DNA of 64,000 nucleotides from Verrucomicrobiota bacterium (lineage in GTDB: Bacteria > Verrucomicrobiota > Verrucomicrobiia > Limisphaerales > UBA1412). Location of the stretch: positions 28,185-92,184 of the forward strand of contig JALNXY010000008.1 of assembly GCA_023230105.1 (NCBI GenBank). Reading direction: 5' to 3'. Below, in pieces: positions 16,971 to 26,478 of this stretch. How positions within the stretch are numbered: the first letter of the stretch is position 1; the number at the start of each line of letters is the position of its first letter. A model generated the notes under the pieces. That model was not told the origin of the DNA and ran no database searches. It saw only the letters and a list, made by a program, of their open reading frames with translations. The position numbers were made by a program, and so were the translations under genes.

Positions 16971-19900
16971 ATGAATAATTCTCGAATAACTGCACTGGGA
17001 GTCTTGGCTGCACTGGCGACAGTGGGTCTGAGTAGCTCTTGGGCGGTGGATTATCCGGCAGTGGTGGAATCCTTTGATCCCAGTTGCTATTGGCGATTGG
17101 GCGAAGCCGAGGGGCCGACCGCAGCCGAGGAAATTAACGGCATAAACGCGACCTACGCTGGTACATTGGTATTCGGTGTGGATGGCGCCATTGTTGGCGA
17201 TGCGAATAAAGCTGTCCAAATGTCCGGTGTTGCTTATGGTACAGAAGGGTACGGAGCAATTTATGTACCCGACAGCATTGAAATTGGGCAAACGGAAGCA
17301 GCAACCTTCCTTTGCTGGGTGAAGCGAAGTGGGACGCAGGTGGCGCATTCTCAGCTAGTCATGAACCGCTCCGGTGGTGCTTTCTCCGGAACCGGGTCTA
17401 CATCAGGTCTTACGGTTGTGGCTGATAATTGCCTGGGATATCACTGGAATGACCAATCTTTCAGTTATAACTTTACCAGCGGCCTTGCATTGGAAGAAAA
17501 CGTGTGGAATTTCGCCGCTTTGTCGGTGACTCCCACAGGGGCGATTTTCTATCTGGGAGATCGGAATGGAAATTTAACAACGGCTACCAATGCAGTTGCA
17601 CATGCTCCTACCACGTTGACATCCACTCTTGCTATTGCCTGTACTCCTGACACAGGAGGTAATGGAGCACGCGCGTTCAAAGGAGATATGGATGAACCGG
17701 CTGTTTTTGCTTATGCCTTGAGCCCTGAACAGATTAATACTGTCTACCAGGCGGGCCTGAATAAATCTACGGTTCCGACGGTAAATATTGTGGCATCTAC
17801 AACGCCATTCTATGCCGGAGAAGGTGCTTTGACAGCTGTTTCGGCTGGAACACCCCCTCTGACCTATGTTTGGTCAAAAGATGGAACTGTAATTCCGGGT
17901 GAAACGGAGTCTGTCCTGGATGGTCTCCTGGCGGCTGGCAATTATACTGTCAAAGTATCTAATGCGGCTGGAAGTGCGACCAGTGATCCTGTGACAGTGG
18001 TGCCTGCTTCTGGTCCTATTCTAAATACCCAGCCCAAGGGTGCCGGCGATCGTTACCTGGGCGGCAGAGTCACATTGAGTGTGGACGTAGAAGGAACCTT
18101 ACCCTTGTCCTATCAGTGGAAACTCAACGGAACAGACATTGCAGGAGCTACCGAAAGCAGCTATGTCCAAATACTGGGAGCTGATAATTTTGGTACCTAT
18201 ACGGTTACTGTTACCAACTCTGAAGGGAGTGTGACCAGCGATGCAGTGGCTGTGACGCAGATCGTCTACACGAAAGACTCCTTCACGCAATCCATTATGG
18301 AACGCAACCCGATAGCCTATTATCGCTTCGATGATGAAATCGATCCGTATGCAGAATGGGTTGATGATAATGACGAACCTATCATTGGCATTGCGAAAGA
18401 TTTTGCGGGAGGTAATGATGGCTATTACTATGCCACGGCAGGTTACACCGAAATCGTTGATGGAGCTATTGCTCTGGATCCCAGTAAGGCTGTCTTCTTC
18501 GTCAACTCCTATATGGGAACCCGTCTTAAACTGAATCCTCTGATTCAAGGTGGAGCTTTTACCGTAATGGGTTGGGTGAAACGCGATATAGACATCGGTT
18601 ATACCACTCGCGGCGGTTATTTTGGCCAAAACGATCTCCTTGAATTTGGTGATAGGAATGACACAAACACCATGGAAGCGTGGTCACCCGGAACGGGTAA
18701 TCTTACTCCGGCACACAACTTCAAGGATAAACGCTGGAGTTTGGTGATGTTGACCTATGGAGAAACTGAGACAGGATCTCTCACTTCCCTTTATCTGGAT
18801 GGTCTATTGGCAGCGGAAAAGAATAGCACTGCCCGGATTACCGCAAACGAAGGAAGTAACTATAACCTCAATGCAGCCGGTGGCGGTATCTTTAATGACC
18901 CGGCGACCAACATGGATTATTTTTGGGGCGCTATCGATGAGCTGGTTCTGTTTGATTCTTACATGAGTCCGGAAGATGCTTGGGAATTCTATACCAAGGG
19001 ATTCTATGGTCCCGGTGCTCCTCCTGAAATTACAACTCAACCCGCATCTGTGGAGTCTTATGTGAACCCGGATGCTGCTTGGACAATGTCAGTGGTTTCC
19101 GGTGGTACGACCCCTCTGGTTTACCAGTGGTATAAAGACGGTCAAGCCATTGAAGGCGCGACTAACAGAACTATTACCGGATATTTTACAGAAGCGGACG
19201 CAGGCGGCTACTATGTGACGATCAGTAACGATTACGGTAATGCAACGAGCGACACGGCCCAAGTCACGCTGAGGATTCCGGATCCGAAGAGTTATGAAGG
19301 AGTACTTGCCGCCATGAATCCTTATGCCTATTGGCGCTTGGGAGAAAGTACCGGTTTGATTGCTAAGGAGTTCATTAGTGGACTAAATGGCGTATACGAC
19401 GCAAATCAGACGCTTGGAAAACCGGGTGCTTTAAAGGGTGATCCTGATACAGCGGTTGGTTTCAACGGAACGAGTTTCGTACAAGTTCCGGGCATGAGCT
19501 ATAGCGGTGTGGATGTGTCCATGGCTGCCTGGATTAAGCCCAGCGGAACAGTTACAGACTATTCTACCATCATGTTTGATCGTGGAAGCAGTGCTGCGGG
19601 TATTCACATTGCTGGTAATCAGTTGGGATATCACTGGAATGATACCCGGTGGGATTATCGATCCGGTTTATACATCAAGAGCGGCGAATGGAACTTCGTT
19701 GTCATGGTGGTGAGTGCAAGTAAAACGACCTTCTACTTGGGTGATAGCGCAGGTAAACTCCTGAATGCAGTGGATGCAACCGCTCAAAATGCGGCTACAT
19801 TTACATCTTCATTCACTATCGGTGGAGATTCCGTCAATACGGATCGTCGTTTTAATGGAGACATTGATGAGGCGGTTATGTTCACGCGCACGCTGACGGC

Positions 19901-22900
19901 AGAAGAGGTCGAAAATCTCTATCTAACGGGGCTTTCAGGTCTGAACATGGCTCCCGAAATTACGGTTCAGCCGAACGACATCAACGGTTTTGTCAGGGAC
20001 GAAATCACTCTTTCTGTTTCTGCCTTAGGTACGGCTCCTCTTTCCTACCAATGGTATAAAGATGGAGAAGTTCTTGAGAGTGCAACGACCGCTTCCATCA
20101 CGAAAATAGCGGCCGCCGAAGATAATGGCAGCTATACCGTAAAGGTAACCAATGCCTTTGGTTCTGCTACCAGCGAGCCCGCTATTCTCAATATAGTTTA
20201 TCCTCCGACTTCGGTTGATTTGAGCGGAGAAGATTATAAACTCTGGACTCATCTCAAGTTCGATGGGACCTATGCGGATGCTTCCGCCTCGGGTAACGAT
20301 GCATATGACGCTGGAACAGTGGGTGAGTTTGGCGAAGGCAAGATCGGTACTGGATCGTTGAGGGTTCAGACTGACTATGATGCTGGTATCTATAGCTATG
20401 CCGGTTTCCTGTATGAGCTCGTTTTGGGCACGGAACCCATCACGGTTTCCATGTGGGCCAAGATTAACTCTGGAAACTTGATGGACCTGCCTTTCCTGAG
20501 CAACAATGATACTTCGCTAGGTGGCTATGGATTGACGTTATCTCCGGGATGGGAAGAGACAGGCAACTGGGGATTCTCAATTAAATCCATGACGGATGAC
20601 ACGACCGTACGCTATGAAAGTGCAGGGGGGACCTTCCCATGGACAACCTGGAACAACATTGTTTATGTGATGATTCCTGGCGAGACCGTGAAGGTTTTTG
20701 TCAATGGACAGTTAGTAACTACGCTTGATATCAGTGCCGTAACCATTGTGGAAGAGTATGGCAAAGGATCGCTGGACACCATCTATCCATTCTATATTGG
20801 ACAGGCTGGTGGTGCCTATCCGGGTTCTGGCGGTGATGGCTACTCTCTGGATATGCTGATTGACGATATGGGTATCTGGAAAACTGCCCTGAACGACATT
20901 GATGCACGCAGTATCTACTACGTAGCTGAGTATGGAAACAGTTTTGACGAAAAGAAGCCGGACATTCCTGCTCAGATCACAGTGGATCCGAAGGGTGCTA
21001 CGGTCTATCAGAATGATCAGACAATGTTGACTCTCTCGGTAGGGGTACAAGGCACGCAGCCAGTTACAGTCACTTGGACAAAAGATGGTACTGAGATCGC
21101 CAGCGGATTGGAAACGACCCTGGATGTCTTCTGCACGGCTGATGCTGCGGGTTCTTATGTAGCAACTGTCACAAACAGCACTGGTCAGGATGTCTCGACT
21201 CCTGCCGTGATTGCTTATCGTACGCCAACGACTGGGTACGAAGAGCTCGTAGCCGGGTTTGCTCCTGTTGCCTTCTGGCGTTTTGATGACGATGTCGCTG
21301 GCGGCACCGTCGCGGATTACGCCGGAGCTAATGATGGAACTTACGTCAGTATAACTCCTGAACAGCAGGTCGATGGTGCGATCTTTGAAGATCCGAGTAA
21401 GGCGATTCAGTTCAATGGAACTGATTCCTATATCAAGACTCCTCTGCAGCTCAATAGCCTGGTCGCCAATGGTGAATTTACTTTCACCGGTTGGGTGAAT
21501 ATTCAAGGCACTTGGGCCGCTTCGACTGGTTTCTACGGCCAGAATGACCTTATTGAGTTCGGACAAAATTCTGCTACTACGATCAGTGCTTGGGCTGCTG
21601 GCGGCGGAAGTGTGTCTGGTACTGTGCCTCCTGCAGATGAATGGGCGATGGTTACCATTACCTATGTTTTTGACGGGACTGACATGGTAGAGACTCTCTA
21701 CGTAAATAATCATGTCGCGGGGCAGAATATCGGCACGAAGTCCATTAATGCAACCGCCGGCACCGATTATTACTTCACAATTGGCGGTTGCGTATGGAAT
21801 TCCGAGGGCGGCTTCTTCAACGGATTGATTGACGATGTGGCGGTCTTCCCCACAGCGTTGACTTCTGATGACGTTTCCCTGCTCTACAACGTGGGCAAGT
21901 TTGGGCCGGGAGCTGCTCCTGAGATCGAACTTCAGCCGGTTGGTGCAGAGATATATCCCAACAGTGGAACTTATCGTCTTTCTGTGACGGCGGTGGGTAC
22001 TCCTCCATTCCAGGTGAACTGGTATAAGGATGGAGAGCTTACTGCCTACAGCGGAGATATCATCGAAATTGCTCGTACTGCAGAAAATGCCGGAAGCTGG
22101 ACAGCCAAGGTTATAAACGCATACGGTGAAGCTGACTCTGATCCTGCGGTGATCGCTTACAAGGCACCAGCCTCGAATTACGAAGCGCTGATTGCGAGCC
22201 TTGATCCGTGGGTCTATTGGAGATTGGGTGAAGCTCCGGGGGCTGCTTCCGCAGCTGACTACGGACATGGAATTCCTGCTCCTTATACCGTGAACAACGG
22301 TCTGGGTTTGGATGGCGCCATTGTGAATGATCCTAATACAGCGATCAGCTTCACGGGTGCTCTGCCTGGTTCAGCTGAATTCAGCACCATTGTTGTACCC
22401 GATATTGGTATGGGGACAGTGAGTGAAGCAACACTGCTCTGCTGGGTGAAGTGCGATGGTACTCAGGTTGCGTATACTCCGCTGGTCTTCGGCCGAGGCA
22501 GTGCGGTCTCTGGTTTGAATATCAGAGAGAACAATCAGTTGGGATACCATTGGAACGATCAGTCTTTCAGTTGGAGTTATGCCAGTGGACTGGCTTTGGA
22601 AGATGGAGAATGGAATCTTGCGGCCCTGGTGGTGACGCCTACAACAGTCACGTTCTATTTGGGTGACAGCGCAGGGACATTGTCCACAGTGAGTAATGAA
22701 CAGGTACATGCTACTACTATCTTTACCACGAACTTCAGCCTGGGTGGACAGAACGTTTCTGGTAGCAACAGGCAGTTCAAGGGCTTGTTTGATGAACCGG
22801 CAGTATTCAACTACGCGTTAACAGCTGAACAGATTCAATCAATCTATGATGCTGGTAGAGGCGGAGATATCCCGGTACAACCGGTTCTGAACTTCGAGAA

Positions 22901-23057
22901 TACTTCTCTGGGCCTGATCTTGACCTGGGAAGAGGGTAAACTTCAGGTTAGCCCGACGGCAACAGGTCCGTGGACAACCATTGAAGATGCCTCTCCTGAA
23001 GGATATATCGTCCCGACCGACGAAGGTTCTGCTTACTACAGAATTGCAAAGGACTAA
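16971..23057 (+). CDS. Giant secreted LamG (ConA-like lectin)/Ig-domain repeat protein, ~2030 aa
   Basis: Signal peptide MNNSRITALGVLAALATVGLSSSWA. Six LamG-type modules (YWRLGE...F.G.IDE.AVF...L....I..LY) interleaved with Ig modules (QP....G.PLSYQW.KDG...Y.V.VTN..G...S..A), then a short C-terminal domain. No catalytic motif recognised. Confidence 0.9.
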   Translation: MNNSRITALGVLAALATVGLSSSWAVDYPAVVESFDPSCYWRLGEAEGPTAAEEINGINATYAGTLVFGVDGAIVGDANKAVQMSGVAYGTEGYGAIYVPDSIEIGQTEAATFLCWVKRSGTQVAHSQLVMNRSGGAFSGTGSTSGLTVVADNCLGYHWNDQSFSYNFTSGLALEENVWNFAALSVTPTGAIFYLGDRNGNLTTATNAVAHAPTTLTSTLAIACTPDTGGNGARAFKGDMDEPAVFAYALSPEQINTVYQAGLNKSTVPTVNIVASTTPFYAGEGALTAVSAGTPPLTYVWSKDGTVIPGETESVLDGLLAAGNYTVKVSNAAGSATSDPVTVVPASGPILNTQPKGAGDRYLGGRVTLSVDVEGTLPLSYQWKLNGTDIAGATESSYVQILGADNFGTYTVTVTNSEGSVTSDAVAVTQIVYTKDSFTQSIMERNPIAYYRFDDEIDPYAEWVDDNDEPIIGIAKDFAGGNDGYYYATAGYTEIVDGAIALDPSKAVFFVNSYMGTRLKLNPLIQGGAFTVMGWVKRDIDIGYTTRGGYFGQNDLLEFGDRNDTNTMEAWSPGTGNLTPAHNFKDKRWSLVMLTYGETETGSLTSLYLDGLLAAEKNSTARITANEGSNYNLNAAGGGIFNDPATNMDYFWGAIDELVLFDSYMSPEDAWEFYTKGFYGPGAPPEITTQPASVESYVNPDAAWTMSVVSGGTTPLVYQWYKDGQAIEGATNRTITGYFTEADAGGYYVTISNDYGNATSDTAQVTLRIPDPKSYEGVLAAMNPYAYWRLGESTGLIAKEFISGLNGVYDANQTLGKPGALKGDPDTAVGFNGTSFVQVPGMSYSGVDVSMAAWIKPSGTVTDYSTIMFDRGSSAAGIHIAGNQLGYHWNDTRWDYRSGLYIKSGEWNFVVMVVSASKTTFYLGDSAGKLLNAVDATAQNAATFTSSFTIGGDSVNTDRRFNGDIDEAVMFTRTLTAEEVENLYLTGLSGLNMAPEITVQPNDINGFVRDEITLSVSALGTAPLSYQWYKDGEVLESATTASITKIAAAEDNGSYTVKVTNAFGSATSEPAILNIVYPPTSVDLSGEDYKLWTHLKFDGTYADASASGNDAYDAGTVGEFGEGKIGTGSLRVQTDYDAGIYSYAGFLYELVLGTEPITVSMWAKINSGNLMDLPFLSNNDTSLGGYGLTLSPGWEETGNWGFSIKSMTDDTTVRYESAGGTFPWTTWNNIVYVMIPGETVKVFVNGQLVTTLDISAVTIVEEYGKGSLDTIYPFYIGQAGGAYPGSGGDGYSLDMLIDDMGIWKTALNDIDARSIYYVAEYGNSFDEKKPDIPAQITVDPKGATVYQNDQTMLTLSVGVQGTQPVTVTWTKDGTEIASGLETTLDVFCTADAAGSYVATVTNSTGQDVSTPAVIAYRTPTTGYEELVAGFAPVAFWRFDDDVAGGTVADYAGANDGTYVSITPEQQVDGAIFEDPSKAIQFNGTDSYIKTPLQLNSLVANGEFTFTGWVNIQGTWAASTGFYGQNDLIEFGQNSATTISAWAAGGGSVSGTVPPADEWAMVTITYVFDGTDMVETLYVNNHVAGQNIGTKSINATAGTDYYFTIGGCVWNSEGGFFNGLIDDVAVFPTALTSDDVSLLYNVGKFGPGAAPEIELQPVGAEIYPNSGTYRLSVTAVGTPPFQVNWYKDGELTAYSGDIIEIARTAENAGSWTAKVINAYGEADSDPAVIAYKAPASNYEALIASLDPWVYWRLGEAPGAASAADYGHGIPAPYTVNNGLGLDGAIVNDPNTAISFTGALPGSAEFSTIVVPDIGMGTVSEATLLCWVKCDGTQVAYTPLVFGRGSAVSGLNIRENNQLGYHWNDQSFSWSYASGLALEDGEWNLAALVVTPTTVTFYLGDSAGTLSTVSNEQVHATTIFTTNFSLGGQNVSGSNRQFKGLFDEPAVFNYALTAEQIQSIYDAGRGGDIPVQPVLNFENTSLGLILTWEEGKLQVSPTATGPWTTIEDASPEGYIVPTDEGSAYYRIAKD

Positions 23058-23073
23058 GTTCTGATGCATTTCA

Positions 23074-23145
23074 TATCGGCCTTGAATAAGGCTGATAATT
23101 AACAACAAACTGCCGCTTTTCGAAAGAGAGGCGGCAGTTTGTTGT
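23074..23145 (+). terminator. Two tandem hairpins after the LamG/Ig gene; the second is a likely intrinsic terminator
   Basis: TATCGGCCTT-gaat-AAGGCTGATA (23074-23097) and a perfect 15-bp inverted repeat ACAACAAACTGCCGC / GCGGCAGTTTGTTGT (23102-23145). Confidence 0.75.
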
Positions 23146-23302
23146 ATTGAGGGACCGAGATGAAGCAGCAGAATAATAAGAGGAGAAGGACTTCGCTGTA
23201 TTCCAGTCGATCTGCAGCCCTTTTACGAGAGTGTTTGCAAGAACGATTATCTTGATTTTTGATTATTGTCAGTTAGATTTGCTCCAGTGAAAGGTTCTAC
23301 AA

Positions 23303-26300
23303 ATGAATAAGATTGTGTTCGGTGTTTTGAGAATATGTGCTTCTCTATCTCTGCTTTGGATGGGTGCATTGTGGACAGTTATTTCATTAGAGGCAGCCGA
23401 AAAAATGGATATGGCGCTGCACTTCAAAAACCCTCCTCCTACCTCGCGCCCGGGTGTTTACTGGTATTTTATGGATGGGAATATCTCTAAAGAAGGGATG
23501 ACTAAAGATTTGGAAGCGATGGTAAAAGCGGGGATTGGTTACCTGGTCTATTTGGAAGTTAACGTGGGCGTTCCTCGAGGAGAGGTGGATTTTTTAAGCC
23601 CCGCTTGGCGAGAAATGTTCAAACACGCTGTCAGTGAGTGCGAGCGATTAGGAATTCAAATTACTTTAGGAGTCGGCCCCGGATGGACTGGCAGCGGAGG
23701 CCCTTGGGTAAAGCCAGAGCAATCTATGCAGCATCTGGTGAGCAGCACTGTTGAAGTGCTCGGCGGAAGCCATCAGCGAATCGTATTACCCAAACCGGCA
23801 CCTAAGCGCCCTTTTTTTGGCGAGGAGAGTTTTACTTCCGAAATGAAAGAACAGAGGAAAGAGTATTATCAAGATGTTGCTGTTTTAGCATTCCCAACTC
23901 CGGCAAAGGGTGATTTGATTAGCGACATAGAAGAAAAAGCTTTGTACTACCGGGCTCCCTATAGTTCCCAGCCTGGAGTAAAACAATATATCCCGCCTTT
24001 CGTCGAGGGAGGAAGTGATGATTCTTCAGAGCAGATCAAGCGAAGTCAATTTTTAGATTTAACTTCTAAAATGGATGCGGATGGAGTTTTGGATTGGGAT
24101 GTTCCTGCAGGGAATTGGACCCTGATGCGTTTAGGAAGCCGCAATAACGGCGCAGCTACGCGGCCGGCTCCATTACCCGGGGTAGGAATGGAATGCGATA
24201 AGTTTGATGCATCTGCATTACATGCCCATTTTTCAGAATTTATGGGAAAACTTTTTGAAACAATTGGACCACGTGATACTAATGTTTTTGGCGGTTTAAA
24301 AATGCTTCACATGGATAGCTGGGAAATGGGCGCGCAGAATTGGAGTGCTCGTTTTCGAGAAGATTTCAAAAAACGCAGAAAATATGATCCATTACCGTTT
24401 TACCCGGTTTATGCAGGCTTTATCGTGGAAAACAGAGAAGTGAGTGAGCGCTTTTTATGGGATTTGCGCCTGACTTCTCAAGAGCTGATTTTGGAAAACC
24501 ATGCACGTGCCATAAAAACCTACGCTCATCAGCGAGGCCTTGGACTTTCTATAGAGCCTTACGATATGAACCCCACTGCAGATTTGGAATTGGCTTCAAT
24601 TGCAGATATGCCCATGTGCGAATTCTGGAGCCAGGGCTATGGGTTCAATACGGCTTTCAGTCTGGTGGAGGGCAGCTCAGCTGCTCATTTATTAGGTCAG
24701 GCGGTAGTTCCGGCGGAATCTTTTACGGCGCATAATGATGGCTGGCGCCAGCACCCGGGGGCAATGAAGAATCAAACAGACTGGGCATTGGCATCTGGGG
24801 TTAACCGGCTTGTTTTTCATACGTTTCAGCATCAGTGTTTGGATGATGCACTGCGTCCGGGGATGACTATGGGGCCTTATGGTGTTCACTGGGATCGCAA
24901 TCAAACCTGGTGGCCAATGGCTGACTCCTACCATCAATATGTAGCGCGCTGCCAATTCATGCTGCAGCAGGGCAGGACGGTAGCCGACATTCTTTATCTT
25001 ACGCCAGAGGGAGCTCCGCATGTTTTTCTGGCGCCGGAGTCAGCAATTGATAGTACTGATTCTTTTTTACCCGACCGAAAGGGATATAACTTCGACGCAT
25101 GCCCTCCCGGATTGCTCTATCAAGCTGAGGTTAAAAACCGGAAAATTGTCTTCCCCGGTGGTGCTGAGTACCAGGTTTTAGTCATTCCGGATTACCCGAC
25201 AATGACACCGGAACTCTTGGCAAAAATAAAAAAACTGATTTACTCTGGCGCTACAGTAGTAGGTAACCCTCCCGATAAGTCGCCAAGCCTGGTAGGCTAT
25301 CCAAGGTGTGATAGGCAGGTGCAGAATCTTACCCTCGAAATCTGGGGTGAGCAAAATACAAACCGTTGTGCTTTAGGGAAAGGGGAGATTATAAAAAATC
25401 AGTATTCGGCAGATAACTTCTACCAGCCTTATTCAGCGACTGCTGAGCTTCTGGATTCACTGAATGTGCGGCCGGACTTCCAGACACCCTCCGGGAAAAT
25501 TCGCTACACGCATCGCACAATGGAAGACTGTGAAATCTATTTTGTAGCGAATCGGTCTGAAGAAAAAGTGGCTGATATTTGTTCATTTCGTGTAACTGGT
25601 ATGCAGCCTGAATTATGGAATCCAATGACCGGAGATATCAGAACCTTGCCGCAGTTTTCTGAAAAGGGTGGCCTGACTCAAATACCATTAGTCTGGGAAA
25701 GGTTTGAATCCTATTTCATTATATTCAAAGGAGAAACTCTGAGCAGAAAAATTGAGGGATTAAACTTTCAAGACTTGGAGCGAGTCATTGCTATTGAAGG
25801 CCCTTGGAATGTTTCGTTTGATCCTGATTGGGGCGGTCCGGATTCAGTTGTCTTTGAAGAGCTCACTGACTGGACACAGTATTCGAATCTGGGAATCAAG
25901 TACTACTCGGGAACGGCTGTATATAAACAGACTTTTGATTTACCCGAGGGTGTGCTCTCTGAAACTTTTCTTGATAATTTGCAAAAGCGTGCAGAGCAAA
26001 CAAGCGAGCATCAACCAGAATTATCTGGTGAAAATCGTTACTACCTGGATTTAGGGTCATTGAAGAATATGGCTCGAGTACATCTCAATGGGAAAAATAT
26101 CGGCACACTCTGGACGACTCCCTGGCATTTGGATATTACCGATGCACTGAAGTCCAAAGGGAATATACTGGAGATCGAAGTGGTGAACCTCTGGCCTAAT
26201 CGCTTAATCGGCGATGAACAACTGCCTGAGGATGGAATTCAAGATGGTCGCTGGCCGGAGTGGATTCTTGAAAACCAAAAACGGACCTCTGGCCGTTACA

Positions 26301-26389
26301 CATTCACAACGCACCGGCACTATGATAAGAACTCACCACTCCTGGAATCAGGTCTCCTTGGGCCTGTCGTAATTTACAAACAGAAATAG
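23303..26389 (+). CDS. Glycoside hydrolase family 106 (alpha-L-rhamnosidase-like), secreted
   Basis: Signal peptide; RPGVYWYFMDGNISKEGMTKDLEAM, LHMDSWE, MPMCEFW, HWDRNQTWW, DLGSLKNMARVHLNG, VVNLWPNRLIGD, ESGLLGPV. Confidence 0.88.
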   Translation: MNKIVFGVLRICASLSLLWMGALWTVISLEAAEKMDMALHFKNPPPTSRPGVYWYFMDGNISKEGMTKDLEAMVKAGIGYLVYLEVNVGVPRGEVDFLSPAWREMFKHAVSECERLGIQITLGVGPGWTGSGGPWVKPEQSMQHLVSSTVEVLGGSHQRIVLPKPAPKRPFFGEESFTSEMKEQRKEYYQDVAVLAFPTPAKGDLISDIEEKALYYRAPYSSQPGVKQYIPPFVEGGSDDSSEQIKRSQFLDLTSKMDADGVLDWDVPAGNWTLMRLGSRNNGAATRPAPLPGVGMECDKFDASALHAHFSEFMGKLFETIGPRDTNVFGGLKMLHMDSWEMGAQNWSARFREDFKKRRKYDPLPFYPVYAGFIVENREVSERFLWDLRLTSQELILENHARAIKTYAHQRGLGLSIEPYDMNPTADLELASIADMPMCEFWSQGYGFNTAFSLVEGSSAAHLLGQAVVPAESFTAHNDGWRQHPGAMKNQTDWALASGVNRLVFHTFQHQCLDDALRPGMTMGPYGVHWDRNQTWWPMADSYHQYVARCQFMLQQGRTVADILYLTPEGAPHVFLAPESAIDSTDSFLPDRKGYNFDACPPGLLYQAEVKNRKIVFPGGAEYQVLVIPDYPTMTPELLAKIKKLIYSGATVVGNPPDKSPSLVGYPRCDRQVQNLTLEIWGEQNTNRCALGKGEIIKNQYSADNFYQPYSATAELLDSLNVRPDFQTPSGKIRYTHRTMEDCEIYFVANRSEEKVADICSFRVTGMQPELWNPMTGDIRTLPQFSEKGGLTQIPLVWERFESYFIIFKGETLSRKIEGLNFQDLERVIAIEGPWNVSFDPDWGGPDSVVFEELTDWTQYSNLGIKYYSGTAVYKQTFDLPEGVLSETFLDNLQKRAEQTSEHQPELSGENRYYLDLGSLKNMARVHLNGKNIGTLWTTPWHLDITDALKSKGNILEIEVVNLWPNRLIGDEQLPEDGIQDGRWPEWILENQKRTSGRYTFTTHRHYDKNSPLLESGLLGPVVIYKQK

Positions 26390-26418
26390 TCTTTGAAATA
26401 GTTTTTTGTAGAAACAGA

Positions 26419-26452
26419 AAATGCTCCTCCCGTTAAAACAGGAGGAGCATTT
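26419..26452. terminator. Bidirectional intrinsic terminator between convergent GH106 and PFOR
   Basis: AAATGCTCCTCC-10 nt-GGAGGAGCATTT, a 12-bp perfect inverted repeat flanked by A/T runs. Confidence 0.8.
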
Positions 26453-26478
26453 GCATTAAGAGGTTTTATCTCTTTCGC

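Noticed and set aside
16854-17348. 164-aa minus-strand ORF and the other short ORFs overlapping assigned genes
   Set aside because: They overlap or lie antisense to confidently assigned CDSs and show no recognisable motifs.
20712-22268. 518-aa antisense ORF inside the LamG/Ig gene
   Set aside because: Lies entirely opposite a well-supported repetitive gene; the translation has no recognisable motif; long shadow ORFs are expected from the sense-strand codon bias.
17434-22575. Repeated 'GGGATA(T/C)CA(C/T)TGGAA' sequences as a CRISPR or DGR-like repeat
   Set aside because: Copies are kilobases apart, in frame within homologous LamG modules (LGYHWND); there is no spacer pattern and no cas or reverse transcriptase gene.
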